Below are positions 18,935 through 28,878 of a stretch of DNA of 64,000 nt, in pieces. The notes beneath the pieces are model-generated. The model was not told where the DNA came from, did no database searches, and was given only the letters and a program-made list of their open reading frames with translations. Both the position numbers and the translations under genes were made by a program. The first letter of the stretch is position 1. Each line of letters starts with the position of its first letter. Origin of the DNA: a virus. The DNA lies in IMG/VR virus record IMGVR_UViG_3300033156_000150, positions 20,947 through 84,946 of that record, one strand, 5' to 3'.

Positions 18935-19013
18935 GACGGGGAGCTGGCGGGGCAATTCGGCCTGGTCCTTCCCCCCGCCAGCGTCCCTGTCTCCAATGTG
19001 AAGGACCAGGAGG
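18935..19013 (+). promoter_or_regulatory. Predicted H-type pseudoknot overlapping the next RBS
   Basis: Stem 18935-18952/18973-18991; loop CCTGGTCCTTC is exactly complementary to GAAGGACCAGG (19000-19010). Confidence 0.6.
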
Positions 19014-19019
19014 ATTTCA

Positions 19020-19607
19020 ATGAGTGCTACAGCAGAGGTGACAAAAGTTCGGCCGTTTACTATTGAAGCGGATCACCCGCGCAATTGCGACTTGCTAATT
19101 CAAAGCATTCCGGGTTGCAAGCTGCGTGGAGCGGTTAGTGCTTCAAAGCCTGCCTACACAAGGGAAGGCCAGCCGCCTATGATTCCGAGGGATCAAGCAC
19201 GGCATCTTGGCGCGCTCCCTCCAATTCCTGGCATGCGACTGACGGTCAATCCGGAGGCTTGTACGTACATGATCACCGACCCGCTACACGACGACGAAGC
19301 GTTGTGTCGGCAAATCGAAGCCGGACTGAAACGGGAAGGGAGAGTCGTTGGCAAGGTTGAAGGAGTTCCGCCAAAGTCAGGGAAGTTGGACGTCCATCGA
19401 ATGAAGACGTTGTGCCGTGAGCTTGCTCACTTGGTAAACATTGGCCACGCTCGTGTGGTGAAGGGTCAGTTGCCGACCAAGGAGCAGATTGATGGGATGC
19501 CTGGGAACTATTTGTTGAACCCGGGAAGTAGAGTTCCCAACACTCAACCGCGATTTGAAAAGGACTTTGACGAGTGGGTGGCGAGACTGAATCAGCAAGG
19601 AGGTTAG
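19020..19607 (+). CDS. Hypothetical protein after the capsid gene
   Basis: AGGAGG RBS; 195 aa. Confidence 0.75.
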   Translation: MSATAEVTKVRPFTIEADHPRNCDLLIQSIPGCKLRGAVSASKPAYTREGQPPMIPRDQARHLGALPPIPGMRLTVNPEACTYMITDPLHDDEALCRQIEAGLKREGRVVGKVEGVPPKSGKLDVHRMKTLCRELAHLVNIGHARVVKGQLPTKEQIDGMPGNYLLNPGSRVPNTQPRFEKDFDEWVARLNQQGG

Positions 19608-19613
19608 TAACAA

Positions 19614-20096
19614 ATGCCGAAAGCAGGAGAGCCAGGTCCGATTGAGGGTCCCTCGTTTCCAGCCGCTAGGGCTCGGAGAGCCGAGGTGTTGCAGACTAGG
19701 AACTTCCGTTTGGAGTGGTTTGCAGATCAAGTCGTGGAGAAACTTTCCAACGACTTGGCAGGACGTGTAGAGATAGCGACTAACGTCTTGAAGGATGCGG
19801 TAGTTCGCAACATCAGCGTTCCAGTAACAAAGGTCGTCTCGCCAAAGACTGGACGAGTGCGTGTGATGGAGAGGAGCAAGCCCGGCGAGTTTCCGAGGGC
19901 CGATACGACAAGGTTAATGAAAAGCATCTTTGCGAAAACGGCAAGGGATGAACGAGGACCAGTAGGATATGTGGGAACCCCGTTGGACTATGGCTTGTAC
20001 TTGGAGCTTAGGTTGGAGCGTCAGTTCTTGACTCGCACACTCAAGGAGCTAGCGCCGTTGTTGAAAAGGATGATTGCAGGGAGGAAGATCACATGA
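19614..20096 (+). CDS. Tail completion/neck protein (HK97 gp10-like)
   Basis: SKPGEFPRADTTRLMKSI..VGTPLDYGLYLE..RQFL. Confidence 0.8.
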   Translation: MPKAGEPGPIEGPSFPAARARRAEVLQTRNFRLEWFADQVVEKLSNDLAGRVEIATNVLKDAVVRNISVPVTKVVSPKTGRVRVMERSKPGEFPRADTTRLMKSIFAKTARDERGPVGYVGTPLDYGLYLELRLERQFLTRTLKELAPLLKRMIAGRKIT

Positions 20097-20584
20097 GTGT
20101 TAATGCAGCGGCTGTGTATAAAGGGATTGTCAATACATGGTCGGCTGCTGGTTTGGATTCAGTGTTCAATCAATACTGGGACGAATCGTTCCGTTCGAGC
20201 TTCCCTGTTTTGCACGATCAGAGTGCTGGCCCTAGGCAACCATGGCCTTATTGTGTTATGGATGCGTTCGGAGTAAGCTCAATTGGAGTCATGTCTGGAG
20301 GCCCGGATTCGGTGAACCAGGAGTACAGTGTGTCGCTGACGTTTCACATATTTGCAAAGAGGACCAATGGGAAGAGTGCCAAGGAGCTAGCAGCGGAACT
20401 TGCGGAGGAGGTGCAAAAGGTGTTTGGTGGACATCCATCGGTTTCTCCTAGAAATATCGTGCTTGACAATGGGGAGGTGTTTCTGTGTCGGTTCGAGCGT
20501 GATTATGGAGAAGCCATTGGGGATGATGAATATACATGGATTGTGGAGTATGATTGTCGGATTGACATGCCTGTTAAGGTGTAG
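20093..20584 (+). CDS. Tail terminator-like protein
   Basis: Position; WPYCV and LTFHIFA pattern. Confidence 0.65.
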   Translation: MSVNAAAVYKGIVNTWSAAGLDSVFNQYWDESFRSSFPVLHDQSAGPRQPWPYCVMDAFGVSSIGVMSGGPDSVNQEYSVSLTFHIFAKRTNGKSAKELAAELAEEVQKVFGGHPSVSPRNIVLDNGEVFLCRFERDYGEAIGDDEYTWIVEYDCRIDMPVKV

Positions 20585-20586
20585 TT

Positions 20587-21405
20587 ATGAGCACACGGTC
20601 ACTTGCTAATATCAAGGTACAGGTCAAGTTGACGGGCACCTTGGTCAACACGTTGAACGATGGCAGCCAAACCTCGGTTGACCATCCTGACTTGAACTAC
20701 TCGCCGAGTCTAGAGAACGGTGTTGGAGCACTACAAGCCGACCGTGGTTGGATGGTGGAGAACCGCACCCTCTCCTCTGGTTCATCTGAGACGATTGACC
20801 TCTACACCCTCGATGGTATCGACATTGGTTTGGGTGCCGGTAAGGATGCCGTGGGCCAAGAGGTGGAGCCGTACAAGGAGATTGTTAGCATCGCCATCGT
20901 GAACGAGAATTCGCTGGGCAGTGCCGGGCAACTGGAGATTGAGCCTGGTGACACCGATGGATGGGAACCTATTGGGAAACATACGGTGGATTGGGGCGGG
21001 GCACTCAAGGGACAAGGAATCCTGTTCAAGTTGCAAACAGCAGCCAATGGCTTCGCTGTAACGCCAACATCGCGGAACGTAAAGTTGACGGCCAACGGAG
21101 GGGATGTTACCTACTCGCTCTACTTGCTCGCCCGGAGTGATGAGGAGGAGTCGAGCAGTAGCAGCAGTCTCAGTAGCTCGAGCAGCAGTTCGTGTAGCTC
21201 GACTAGCTCAAGTGAATCGGCTGCATACTCTAGCAGTTGCAGCTCCACTAGTAGCCAGAGCACGTCATGTAGTAGTAGCCTAGGCGAGAGCAGCTCGAGT
21301 ACAAGTCTCTCAAGCAGTTGCGAGTCGTCTAGTAACACAAGCAGTTGTTCGAGCACATCGTTCTCGAGTGTGAGTAGTACAAGTAGCAGTCAGTCGTGGA
21401 GTTAA
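20587..21405 (+). CDS. Putative virion protein with 84-aa Ser/Cys/Thr tail (paralog A)
   Basis: Lies between tail terminator and tube genes; tail at 21151-21402. Confidence 0.75.
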   Translation: MSTRSLANIKVQVKLTGTLVNTLNDGSQTSVDHPDLNYSPSLENGVGALQADRGWMVENRTLSSGSSETIDLYTLDGIDIGLGAGKDAVGQEVEPYKEIVSIAIVNENSLGSAGQLEIEPGDTDGWEPIGKHTVDWGGALKGQGILFKLQTAANGFAVTPTSRNVKLTANGGDVTYSLYLLARSDEEESSSSSSLSSSSSSSCSSTSSSESAAYSSSCSSTSSQSTSCSSSLGESSSSTSLSSSCESSSNTSSCSSTSFSSVSSTSSSQSWS

Positions 21406-21408
21406 ACA

Positions 21409-22119
21409 ATGGCGCGGTCGATGTCGAGTGCTAGAGCGATTATCAGGATGAGTGCGTCACTGCGCAATCTGCTTGGTGATGGCAAATATGCGACTGCATC
21501 TCATCCGAACCTAAATTATAGTTACTCGTTCGAAGATGGAGTTGAGGGTGGGCAGTGTAGTCGAGCGTGGCAGTACACGGGCAGGACGCTGACTAAGCAG
21601 CCGATCGACATAGAAGGCATCACTTATGATGTGCTGGACTTGTACTCACTCAAACAAGATATTGGGGCTGGTGCTGGTAAAGACGGCGTTGGGGCTGACA
21701 CTGAACCATACTGGGAGATCGTTGCTATTGCAATTGTGTGTGACTCGGTAACTGGCAATGGTGTTTTGGAGATCATGCCTGATGGGACAAATGGTTGGTC
21801 GCCCATTGGGTTACACACTTCGGCCCGCGGTGGCGCTTTGCGTGAAGGTGGTTGTCTGTTCAAGTGTCAGCCAGATGCAGATGCCTTTGGAATCACAGCG
21901 GACCGGCGGCGAATTAAGTTGAGAATTGAGGGCGATACTGGCAATACGGTTACATACTCGGTGTATCTGCTTGCTCGACATGATGTTGAAGCGTCGAGCA
22001 GTTGCAGCTCGACAAGCACGAGTTCTAGTAGCAGTACCAGCCTCAGTTGTTCGAGCACGAGCAGTAGCACGAGTCTCAGTTGTTCAAGCACTAGTACCAG
22101 CTCGAGCCAAAGTGCCTGA
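21409..22119 (+). CDS. Putative virion protein with 41-aa Ser/Cys/Thr tail (paralog B)
   Basis: Shares HPxLNYS, GAGKDxVG, GWxPIGxHT, GGAL and VTYSxYLLAR with paralog A; tail at 21994-22116. Confidence 0.75.
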   Translation: MARSMSSARAIIRMSASLRNLLGDGKYATASHPNLNYSYSFEDGVEGGQCSRAWQYTGRTLTKQPIDIEGITYDVLDLYSLKQDIGAGAGKDGVGADTEPYWEIVAIAIVCDSVTGNGVLEIMPDGTNGWSPIGLHTSARGGALREGGCLFKCQPDADAFGITADRRRIKLRIEGDTGNTVTYSVYLLARHDVEASSSCSSTSTSSSSSTSLSCSSTSSSTSLSCSSTSTSSSQSA

Positions 22120-22136
22120 CATGAAGGAGGTGACTT

Positions 22137-22568
22137 ATGACAGCAGCAAATACACTCGCAGGAACCAATGGCAAGTTGGTTGTTGACAACCAGCTTGTTG
22201 CTCGCGTAACACAGTGGCAGGTGAGCCCCCGACTGGCACAAACCAGTGAGTGGGGAGACAGTGATTCAGCCGGTTATACGAATAGACTGGCTGGGCGGAA
22301 GGATGCAACTTTCACGTGCGAGGGAAAGTTCGATAGCAGTGATGAGCAGTATGATCTGTTTCAGCCAGGAGATCAAGTTTCGGCGGTTTTGTGGATGGAC
22401 GATTCATCGTTGTATTGGGACTTTCCTAGAGCCGTGTGTACTGAATTCAATTTGACCGTGAACATCGACACTGGAGAGGTAATTGGGTGGACTGCGACGT
22501 TTGGTGCAGATGGCCCATTCTATTATCCTGGCCAGGCTGGTGCAGGTAACAGATCGCTACCCTCATAA
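22137..22568 (+). CDS. Tail tube (major tail) protein
   Basis: 143 aa; GxxGKL start, LAGRKDATFTCEG, WTATFGADG; precedes the chaperone and tape measure genes. Confidence 0.8.
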   Translation: MTAANTLAGTNGKLVVDNQLVARVTQWQVSPRLAQTSEWGDSDSAGYTNRLAGRKDATFTCEGKFDSSDEQYDLFQPGDQVSAVLWMDDSSLYWDFPRAVCTEFNLTVNIDTGEVIGWTATFGADGPFYYPGQAGAGNRSLPS

Positions 22569-22600
22569 GACCTGTGTATTTCAAGAAAGGAAGGACCGCT

Positions 22601-23224
22601 ATGGGTAAACGCGAGCAAAGAGCTATGGCGGCGGCCGAAACAATTGAGGTCAACGGTCGCACGTACAAGCTACGTCCTGTCGTTGTTCAGCACCTGTGTG
22701 ACTTGGAGAGGGAAGCGCTAGCTGACTTCAAGCGATCGTACCTAGAGACTTTCAGTCGCAACGCCGATTTGTTGGGCAAAAACGCGGCTGAGGTATTGGA
22801 ACGCCAGATGGAAAAAGTCGCTTCATGGGAGCTTGACGATCTCCCCAAACGCACGGTGTATGACGTCTCGAGTATTCCTGTGACAGATGGCCTCAAGGAG
22901 CTACTGAGGAAGGCCGTTGGTGACGTACCTGACACAGACGCTGCCGTGCGAGCTGTGCTAGTGACGTTGTTGGACAATGATACGATCAAACCGGAGGAAG
23001 TGAAGGAAGCCACGGGAAAGTACCCGCGCAAGGGTTTGGTACGTTACGATCAGTGGTGGGTAACAGCAAGCCTCAAGGGAATGTTGTCGTTCATCTACTC
23101 ATCCATCCGACATGAGCACCCTGAAGTCAAGTTGGAAGACATTGCAGGATGGTCTTTTGCAAAGGTAGCAGAAGCAGCTCGCAAAGTGGAGAAGATCACG
23201 TCGCCTGATGTGGGAAATGGGTAA
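22601..23224 (+). CDS. Tail assembly chaperone (gpG-like)
   Basis: Between tube and tape measure genes; ends just after a slippery heptamer. Confidence 0.75.
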   Translation: MGKREQRAMAAAETIEVNGRTYKLRPVVVQHLCDLEREALADFKRSYLETFSRNADLLGKNAAEVLERQMEKVASWELDDLPKRTVYDVSSIPVTDGLKELLRKAVGDVPDTDAAVRAVLVTLLDNDTIKPEEVKEATGKYPRKGLVRYDQWWVTASLKGMLSFIYSSIRHEHPEVKLEDIAGWSFAKVAEAARKVEKITSPDVGNG

Positions 23225-23532
23225 CGGCCGCCTTCTCTCGCAGTGATGCAGAGGAAGGCGGCCCAATCGATTGTGGCGGCTTGCTGAAAGGCATATCAGC
23301 ATATCACCTCCGCGTGTTGTGTGAAAATCCATGGAACGGTGGGATGGGTTACACGCCAGAGCAAGTTGGTCGCATGACGTTGGATCAAGTGTTGTTTTGC
23401 CTCTGTGACAGGGATGTGTTGAAGGGCGTCAAGACGATACACCCACTCGAAGCTGCTTCTACTGGGAAGATTTTCGGTGAGTCAAAAGCCGAGAGGCTTG
23501 CCAAGCGTACTAGATGTAAGGAGAGGAAGTAG
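23212..23532 (+). other. Programmed -1 frameshift and gpGT-like extension
   Basis: G GGA AAT at 23212-23218; the -1 frame is open to 23532; hairpin GGCCGCCTTC/GAAGGCGGCC starts 7 nt downstream. Confidence 0.8.
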
Positions 23533-25793
23533 TGGGTCTAGAGCTTGCGCGTGCGTTCGTCTCCGTTAGAGCAGACACATCGCGACTGTCGAGTGACATT
23601 AAACGCGCCAAGGATCCGTTGAAGAAAGCGTTAGACCATCTCACTAATACGGTCCGTGGGTTTCTTGCTACTTTGGGAATCGGAGTAAGCATAGCCAAAG
23701 CGTTCAGCATAGCACGAGAATCTCTTGTGTTGTGGACACGAGAGTTAGAGGCACAAGCCAGGGTCGCCGCGTTGGTTCGCACTACAGGGATGGCAGCAGG
23801 ATTCACGGCCAAGGAGTTGCGTGACATGGCTGATGAGTTCCAAGCGGCTACGACAACGGGGAACGAAGCCATTTTGGAGTTGATGGCTCGCATGTTGACG
23901 TTTAAGTCGGTGTCCAAAGAAGTATTTAGAGACGCTATTGAAGTTGCTTTGGACACAGCAGCAGTGATGGGAACAGACGTTCGTAGTGCGGCCATTCAGT
24001 TAGGCATGGCGTTGGAAGATCCTTCGATTGGGTTGACTCGGCTGCGACGATCTGGTATCAGCTTTTCCGAGGCAGAAAAAGAAAGGATCAAGCAACTACA
24101 AAGGGCGGGGAAGTTGCATGAGGCGCAAGCAGAGACACTGCGCATTGTACGTAATCAGTTGGGAGGCGTCGCTAAGGAGCTGGCTAAGTTGCCGGTTGGT
24201 CGAGTGAAGCAATTAGACAACCTGATAGGAGATGTGAAGGAGCAGATTGGGAAGTATTTGGTCCCAATGCAGCTAAAATGGAGGCAAGCCGTTTTATCGA
24301 CCTATGAAGCGATCGAGAAAGTTGTGGCGACGGCTCACCAGTTCCCCTCGCTGACCACGGCGGTGTTAACTTTTGCGGGAGCAGTGGGTACGTTGGGGAC
24401 ATCGGTCGCCGCCTATCGTGCGGCAGTGCGTGGTCTGCCGACTGTTCTTAAGGTGCTAGGCCAAGCTCCCCCGTTGTTGGCTGTTGCGGGTGTAATTGCT
24501 GCCGGAGCAGCTATGTTGCGATTGGCGGAAGGATTTGAGGTGGATTTCTCTAGGTTCATGCAGCGCATTGAACAGTTGCAGGATGAACAAAAGAAGAGAG
24601 TAGCTGAGATAGACAAGCTCGCGAGAAAGGTGTTTGCACCATATCCTGGTGAGTTTCCAGCATTGGAGGCTGAGGAGGAAGGAGCGATGTCTCCTGAAGA
24701 GAAGCGATTGAAGGCACTACAGGATCAGTTAGCACAAGCGCGTGAGTTGGAAGCGAAGCGTCTTGAGGAAATAAACACTATGCGCGCTCAAGAAGAAGAG
24801 CTGCGCAAACAGGCTCGTGCATTGCGAGAACAGGTCGATTGGTACACGGAGCTTATGGGAACTTCCATTAGCTACTACCAGGAGGCACGTCGCTTGGAGC
24901 AGGAAGCAGAGTCTATTGCGTCGCGTAGGGCGCAGACTGAGTCGCTATCCTTAAATAGGGTCAGAGCGCGAATCGAAGAGCTAAAGAAGGCGGTTGAGCT
25001 GGCTGCCAAGGAGTTGGAGGAAACAAAGAAGAAGCAGGAAATCGAGGCACATATGGAGTTTATCAAGTCGCTGCGGAAGTCGGCCGGCGTGCTCGTTGCT
25101 GAGGAAGAGGAGCAATGGCTTGAGAAGGTACGCGAGTCGCTAGACTACCTGGAGCAGCAACATAGACTAACGGCGGACCAAGTCCACAAAATATGGATGG
25201 AGGCGTTCAAACGAACGCAGAAAGGGTTGCCACTCAAATTGTTTTCGGAGCAACTAGATGAGTTGCAGAGACGGAATGCAGAGCTTCGAGCTCAGCTTGA
25301 GCGAGGGTTGTCACCAGCTCTTGCTGCGTTGTGGGCAGCTACAAAGGGGAAATTGGGACCGGAAAAGATGGAAGAATTGGAGAGCTTGGAGAGGCGAAAC
25401 GAGATATTGGAGAAAGCCATTGAACTTGAGCAAAGGTTGAGGGAGTTCGCATCTCCATTGCAGTCTGAGTTTAAGGACATCATGGATGTCTGGAAGGAAG
25501 TGTGGAGCGAGCAAGGCACTAAAGGTGTGGACTTGACGATAAAGGCGTTGATGAATCTGCGGGAACGTGTAAGTGAAATGATACAGGAGGCGCCAGCGAT
25601 TGTCACGGCTGGAACTACAGGAGTTCAGCAATGGGGAAGGGCCGTTCAAGCCGGCGTGTTGGGACGCGAGCAGTGGGAGAGACGTGCGTCAAAACAAAGG
25701 GATGATATGATTGACTTGTTAAGACAAATTGATCAGAAGCTCGGTGAGTTGGAAGGCATGGGATCTAACCTTGGCGAACCTGGAGGTGTGTGA
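23532..25793 (+). CDS. Tape measure protein
   Basis: ELARAFVSVRAD start, ALEDPSIGLTRLRRSGISFS, central hydrophobic helices, long coiled coil. Confidence 0.9.
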   Translation: MGLELARAFVSVRADTSRLSSDIKRAKDPLKKALDHLTNTVRGFLATLGIGVSIAKAFSIARESLVLWTRELEAQARVAALVRTTGMAAGFTAKELRDMADEFQAATTTGNEAILELMARMLTFKSVSKEVFRDAIEVALDTAAVMGTDVRSAAIQLGMALEDPSIGLTRLRRSGISFSEAEKERIKQLQRAGKLHEAQAETLRIVRNQLGGVAKELAKLPVGRVKQLDNLIGDVKEQIGKYLVPMQLKWRQAVLSTYEAIEKVVATAHQFPSLTTAVLTFAGAVGTLGTSVAAYRAAVRGLPTVLKVLGQAPPLLAVAGVIAAGAAMLRLAEGFEVDFSRFMQRIEQLQDEQKKRVAEIDKLARKVFAPYPGEFPALEAEEEGAMSPEEKRLKALQDQLAQARELEAKRLEEINTMRAQEEELRKQARALREQVDWYTELMGTSISYYQEARRLEQEAESIASRRAQTESLSLNRVRARIEELKKAVELAAKELEETKKKQEIEAHMEFIKSLRKSAGVLVAEEEEQWLEKVRESLDYLEQQHRLTADQVHKIWMEAFKRTQKGLPLKLFSEQLDELQRRNAELRAQLERGLSPALAALWAATKGKLGPEKMEELESLERRNEILEKAIELEQRLREFASPLQSEFKDIMDVWKEVWSEQGTKGVDLTIKALMNLRERVSEMIQEAPAIVTAGTTGVQQWGRAVQAGVLGREQWERRASKQRDDMIDLLRQIDQKLGELEGMGSNLGEPGGV

Positions 25794-26692
25794 TGGAGTC
25801 AGAGAGCAGATGGGCGTTGAGAACGCCAGGTGGCATACCTTACAAATTGCTGCGTCGTAGTGGAACAGCTTCGATGACGGGAGCTGAAGGTACGGAGTTT
25901 GTGGAGGAGATAGTAATTCGTGCAGATCGGCTGTCTGAGTTTTTGGAGGAAGCGACGTGGCGAATGGTCATGCGCCAAGGTTACATAGAGCCTCACACAG
26001 GAATGAGGATGTCTGGACTTGTGTCAATGGAGGTGTCCAAGATCACGTGGGAGTCGTTCGATCCGTCAAAACCAGTCGATCCCTTTGGATGCGATCCAAC
26101 AGCACCGCCTGGTACGTATTCGGACTATCTGCGTCTGAGGTTGCATTATACGCCGTCGAAGAGTCCGGAAGATGAAGAGCCAGACAAACAACATGACGTG
26201 TGGCAAGTTGTCGATGTTAGTGCAAACGCATCGGCTAACGTAATTCATGGTGAAGTCAGAAATGCTACGTGGGCTGAAGATAACGAGCAAGTTGAGCCGG
26301 ACATTTCCAACCAAGTGTTGGAGCCAACGGTGACATGGACAGTGAGGTGGCAAAGCATACCTCGGAAATACTTTCGTGACACGTTAATAGAGCGGCTGCG
26401 TGATTACATTGGCAAAGTTAACAGTGTCAAGTTTGAGGCTTTGAACGATGCTCCACCAGAGACTGTGTTGTTTACTGGATGGGGGTTTCAAACACAAACT
26501 ACGTGGTCGTCGGAAAGTACCGATTACAAACCGATCGAGCTCAACTTGACTTTCGTAGAGAAGAACTTTACGCACAAGGGGAAACAGATAACTCATCAAC
26601 ATGTATGGAGGCCAGGAAAGGGTTGGCAGGAGATCCGAGTTGGAGGCAGCAAACTCTACGAGACGGCTGATCTCAACAACATATTCCTCTGA
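25790..26692 (+). CDS. Minor tail protein (distal/hub candidate)
   Basis: Directly follows the tape measure gene; beta-rich. Confidence 0.6.
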   Translation: MMESESRWALRTPGGIPYKLLRRSGTASMTGAEGTEFVEEIVIRADRLSEFLEEATWRMVMRQGYIEPHTGMRMSGLVSMEVSKITWESFDPSKPVDPFGCDPTAPPGTYSDYLRLRLHYTPSKSPEDEEPDKQHDVWQVVDVSANASANVIHGEVRNATWAEDNEQVEPDISNQVLEPTVTWTVRWQSIPRKYFRDTLIERLRDYIGKVNSVKFEALNDAPPETVLFTGWGFQTQTTWSSESTDYKPIELNLTFVEKNFTHKGKQITHQHVWRPGKGWQEIRVGGSKLYETADLNNIFL

Positions 26693-26696
26693 TGCT

Positions 26697-27875
26697 ATGC
26701 GAGAGAAGTTTCCATACAAGCGACCTGGTCAGGTTTTAAGCGCTCGGCACGTCAACCGACTTAGCAAAGTAGCCGAGAGATTTGCTGAGTTTCGGGGAGG
26801 TTCGCATCTTGACGTATCGCACAACGAAGATGGAGTGTCCATCAATGCGCCTCCGCCGTGGAAACAACGGCTGCTCAAAATTACTCAGATGCCGCAGGGA
26901 AGTGAAGGTTTCTACAGGGCACAGGAAGGTTACTACGACTACCAGGAGCAAACATGGAAGGTAAGGACTGATACTACATGGAAAGTGGACTCCGTTATCA
27001 TGGGGAACCAGTTGCAAGTAGGAGATGTAGTTGTTGCCTATTGGGACCGGCAGCGTGGGGCATGGATACCAATACCCACGACTCCCATCCGGCGGTTCGA
27101 GTTGCAAGAATCGCTGAATCCGGAGGACTCAGCGGAGGCTAAGATGCTGTTGTGGCAGGATGGCGAATTGGTAACTGCTGAGGACATAGTAGTTGTGCAT
27201 GAGGTGGTGGGAACGTATTGGGGATTGGAAGGAGACATTGTCGGGTGTCAATGGTTCAACGATAGCAACCGATGGGAAGTCGTTATTGGGCGCCGTGGAC
27301 TGAAGTGGTTTGAATGCACAACAAACTGCATACCTCCTCGTGACTATACTGTTATGGCAGAGGACGCTGCTGGTATTGAGACTAGGCTATACTTGAAGAG
27401 TAGTGATCCGGGGGACGCAAACCGCCCGCTTGGTGTGTTGCGTGGAGGCGTTGCTGGGCACCAAGGCAGTCAGGTTTATGCTGCTTGGAGCAGAGAGTAT
27501 CATCGTTGGGAAGTCATTACTGGACAGTTCGAAACCACGTTGTTTGGGAATGTCAACGACCCAGGGGGAATACCGGGTGGAGGATCTGGGCACGTGAGTC
27601 TTGTGTGGCCCGTGGTACAAGAGGGAAATGTATCCTTGATGCCTGCCGGTGAAATGGTGAAGGTAGCAAACTGGGCTTTCCCAGACATACCAGATGGCAC
27701 GCGCGTTGCGATTGCCTTTGACCCTGTCTATCAGCTATGGCTAATCATCGGTGTTGGACCGTATGTTAATGATCAGTTGTCGGTATCCCAGGAGGTTGTT
27801 ACCTCAGTTAACTTTGGCGACCAAACCACACAGACAAAGACACTTGAACTGGCATGGTGGAACGAAGTGAGTTGA
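26697..27875 (+). CDS. Minor tail/tip protein with repeated small beta domains
   Basis: Repeated W/F-x-x-x-x-x-x-W units (AYWDRQRGAW, QWFNDSNRW, AWSREYHRW, AFDPVYQLW). Confidence 0.55.
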   Translation: MREKFPYKRPGQVLSARHVNRLSKVAERFAEFRGGSHLDVSHNEDGVSINAPPPWKQRLLKITQMPQGSEGFYRAQEGYYDYQEQTWKVRTDTTWKVDSVIMGNQLQVGDVVVAYWDRQRGAWIPIPTTPIRRFELQESLNPEDSAEAKMLLWQDGELVTAEDIVVVHEVVGTYWGLEGDIVGCQWFNDSNRWEVVIGRRGLKWFECTTNCIPPRDYTVMAEDAAGIETRLYLKSSDPGDANRPLGVLRGGVAGHQGSQVYAAWSREYHRWEVITGQFETTLFGNVNDPGGIPGGGSGHVSLVWPVVQEGNVSLMPAGEMVKVANWAFPDIPDGTRVAIAFDPVYQLWLIIGVGPYVNDQLSVSQEVVTSVNFGDQTTQTKTLELAWWNEVS

Positions 27876-28822
27876 GCTGTGTTTACTGGCAGGAAGGCCA
27901 GTGTCTCTTGGACCGTCCTTCGTGCAAGCGTTGCAGGGCACGCTTGACGTTGGACGATCCTGCTTTTGTCTCAAGGTGGAAGGACCCGTTGTTGGTCACA
28001 GACAGGCACAAGCAGCCGACGGAGAGCTTGAGAGGTCTTTTGGCTGGTTGCAATGTATTCCTGGTCTGTGGGGGACCTAGTGGCAAGCAGCTAGATCTCA
28101 GCCTGCTGAATCAGAGAGGCGTTTGGACAATGGCCGTCAACAACATGGCGGCACACAAGTCGTTTCGGCCCAATGCGTTCGTCTGCGCCGATCCTCCGAG
28201 GAAGTTCCACCACGCCATATGGCTGGATCCAGCCATAATGAAGTTCGTGCCGACAGTGAAGTTGCGGTCCAGGCGGGGTTATTTGAGACGTAAGATGCCC
28301 GATGGTTCCTTCTGTGACTTGGGACGTACAGTGTCTGATTGCCCGAACGTATGGGGATTCAAACGGGAGAGCTGGTTATGGCCCGATGAGCGTTTCTTTC
28401 TTAGCAAAGCAGCTCTATGGGGGAACCATGACGTCGGAGTGAAAAAGACAGGGGAACCAAAGGGAGTTAGCACAATGTTGCTGGCTCTCCGGCTGTTGGC
28501 ATACCTCGGAGCAAAGCGTATCTTCCTGGTTGGTGTTGATTTTCGCATGACTAAGCAGGAGGCTTACAGTTTTGAGCAGGAGAGGTCCGATGGGGAGGTA
28601 GCTCATAACAACCGGTTGTTCTCCGTGGTCAACGACTGGCTGTGCCGGATGGAAAGCGATGGGGTCTTCAGGAAGTTTGGCGTTGAAATCTACAATTGCT
28701 ACCAGCGCAGTGGACTAAGGGCGTTCCCGTATGTGCCCTATCCCGTGGCGTTGAGGGAGTGCTGGAACGACATTGAGCATACAATCGACTTGAGTCGCTG
28801 GTATGATGATGAAGAGAAGTGA
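27854..28822 (+). CDS. Maf/DUF115-like putative glycosyltransferase, copy 2
   Basis: FLVCGGPS, AVNN, KFHH, DCPN, TMLLALRLLAYLG and LVGVDF shared with 3830-4714. Confidence 0.65.
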   Translation: MVERSELSCVYWQEGQCLLDRPSCKRCRARLTLDDPAFVSRWKDPLLVTDRHKQPTESLRGLLAGCNVFLVCGGPSGKQLDLSLLNQRGVWTMAVNNMAAHKSFRPNAFVCADPPRKFHHAIWLDPAIMKFVPTVKLRSRRGYLRRKMPDGSFCDLGRTVSDCPNVWGFKRESWLWPDERFFLSKAALWGNHDVGVKKTGEPKGVSTMLLALRLLAYLGAKRIFLVGVDFRMTKQEAYSFEQERSDGEVAHNNRLFSVVNDWLCRMESDGVFRKFGVEIYNCYQRSGLRAFPYVPYPVALRECWNDIEHTIDLSRWYDDEEK

Positions 28823-28878
28823 CCCATATACTAATTTTGCACAAATTAGTATGAAATCTGTATTTGGAGAACCGCTGT

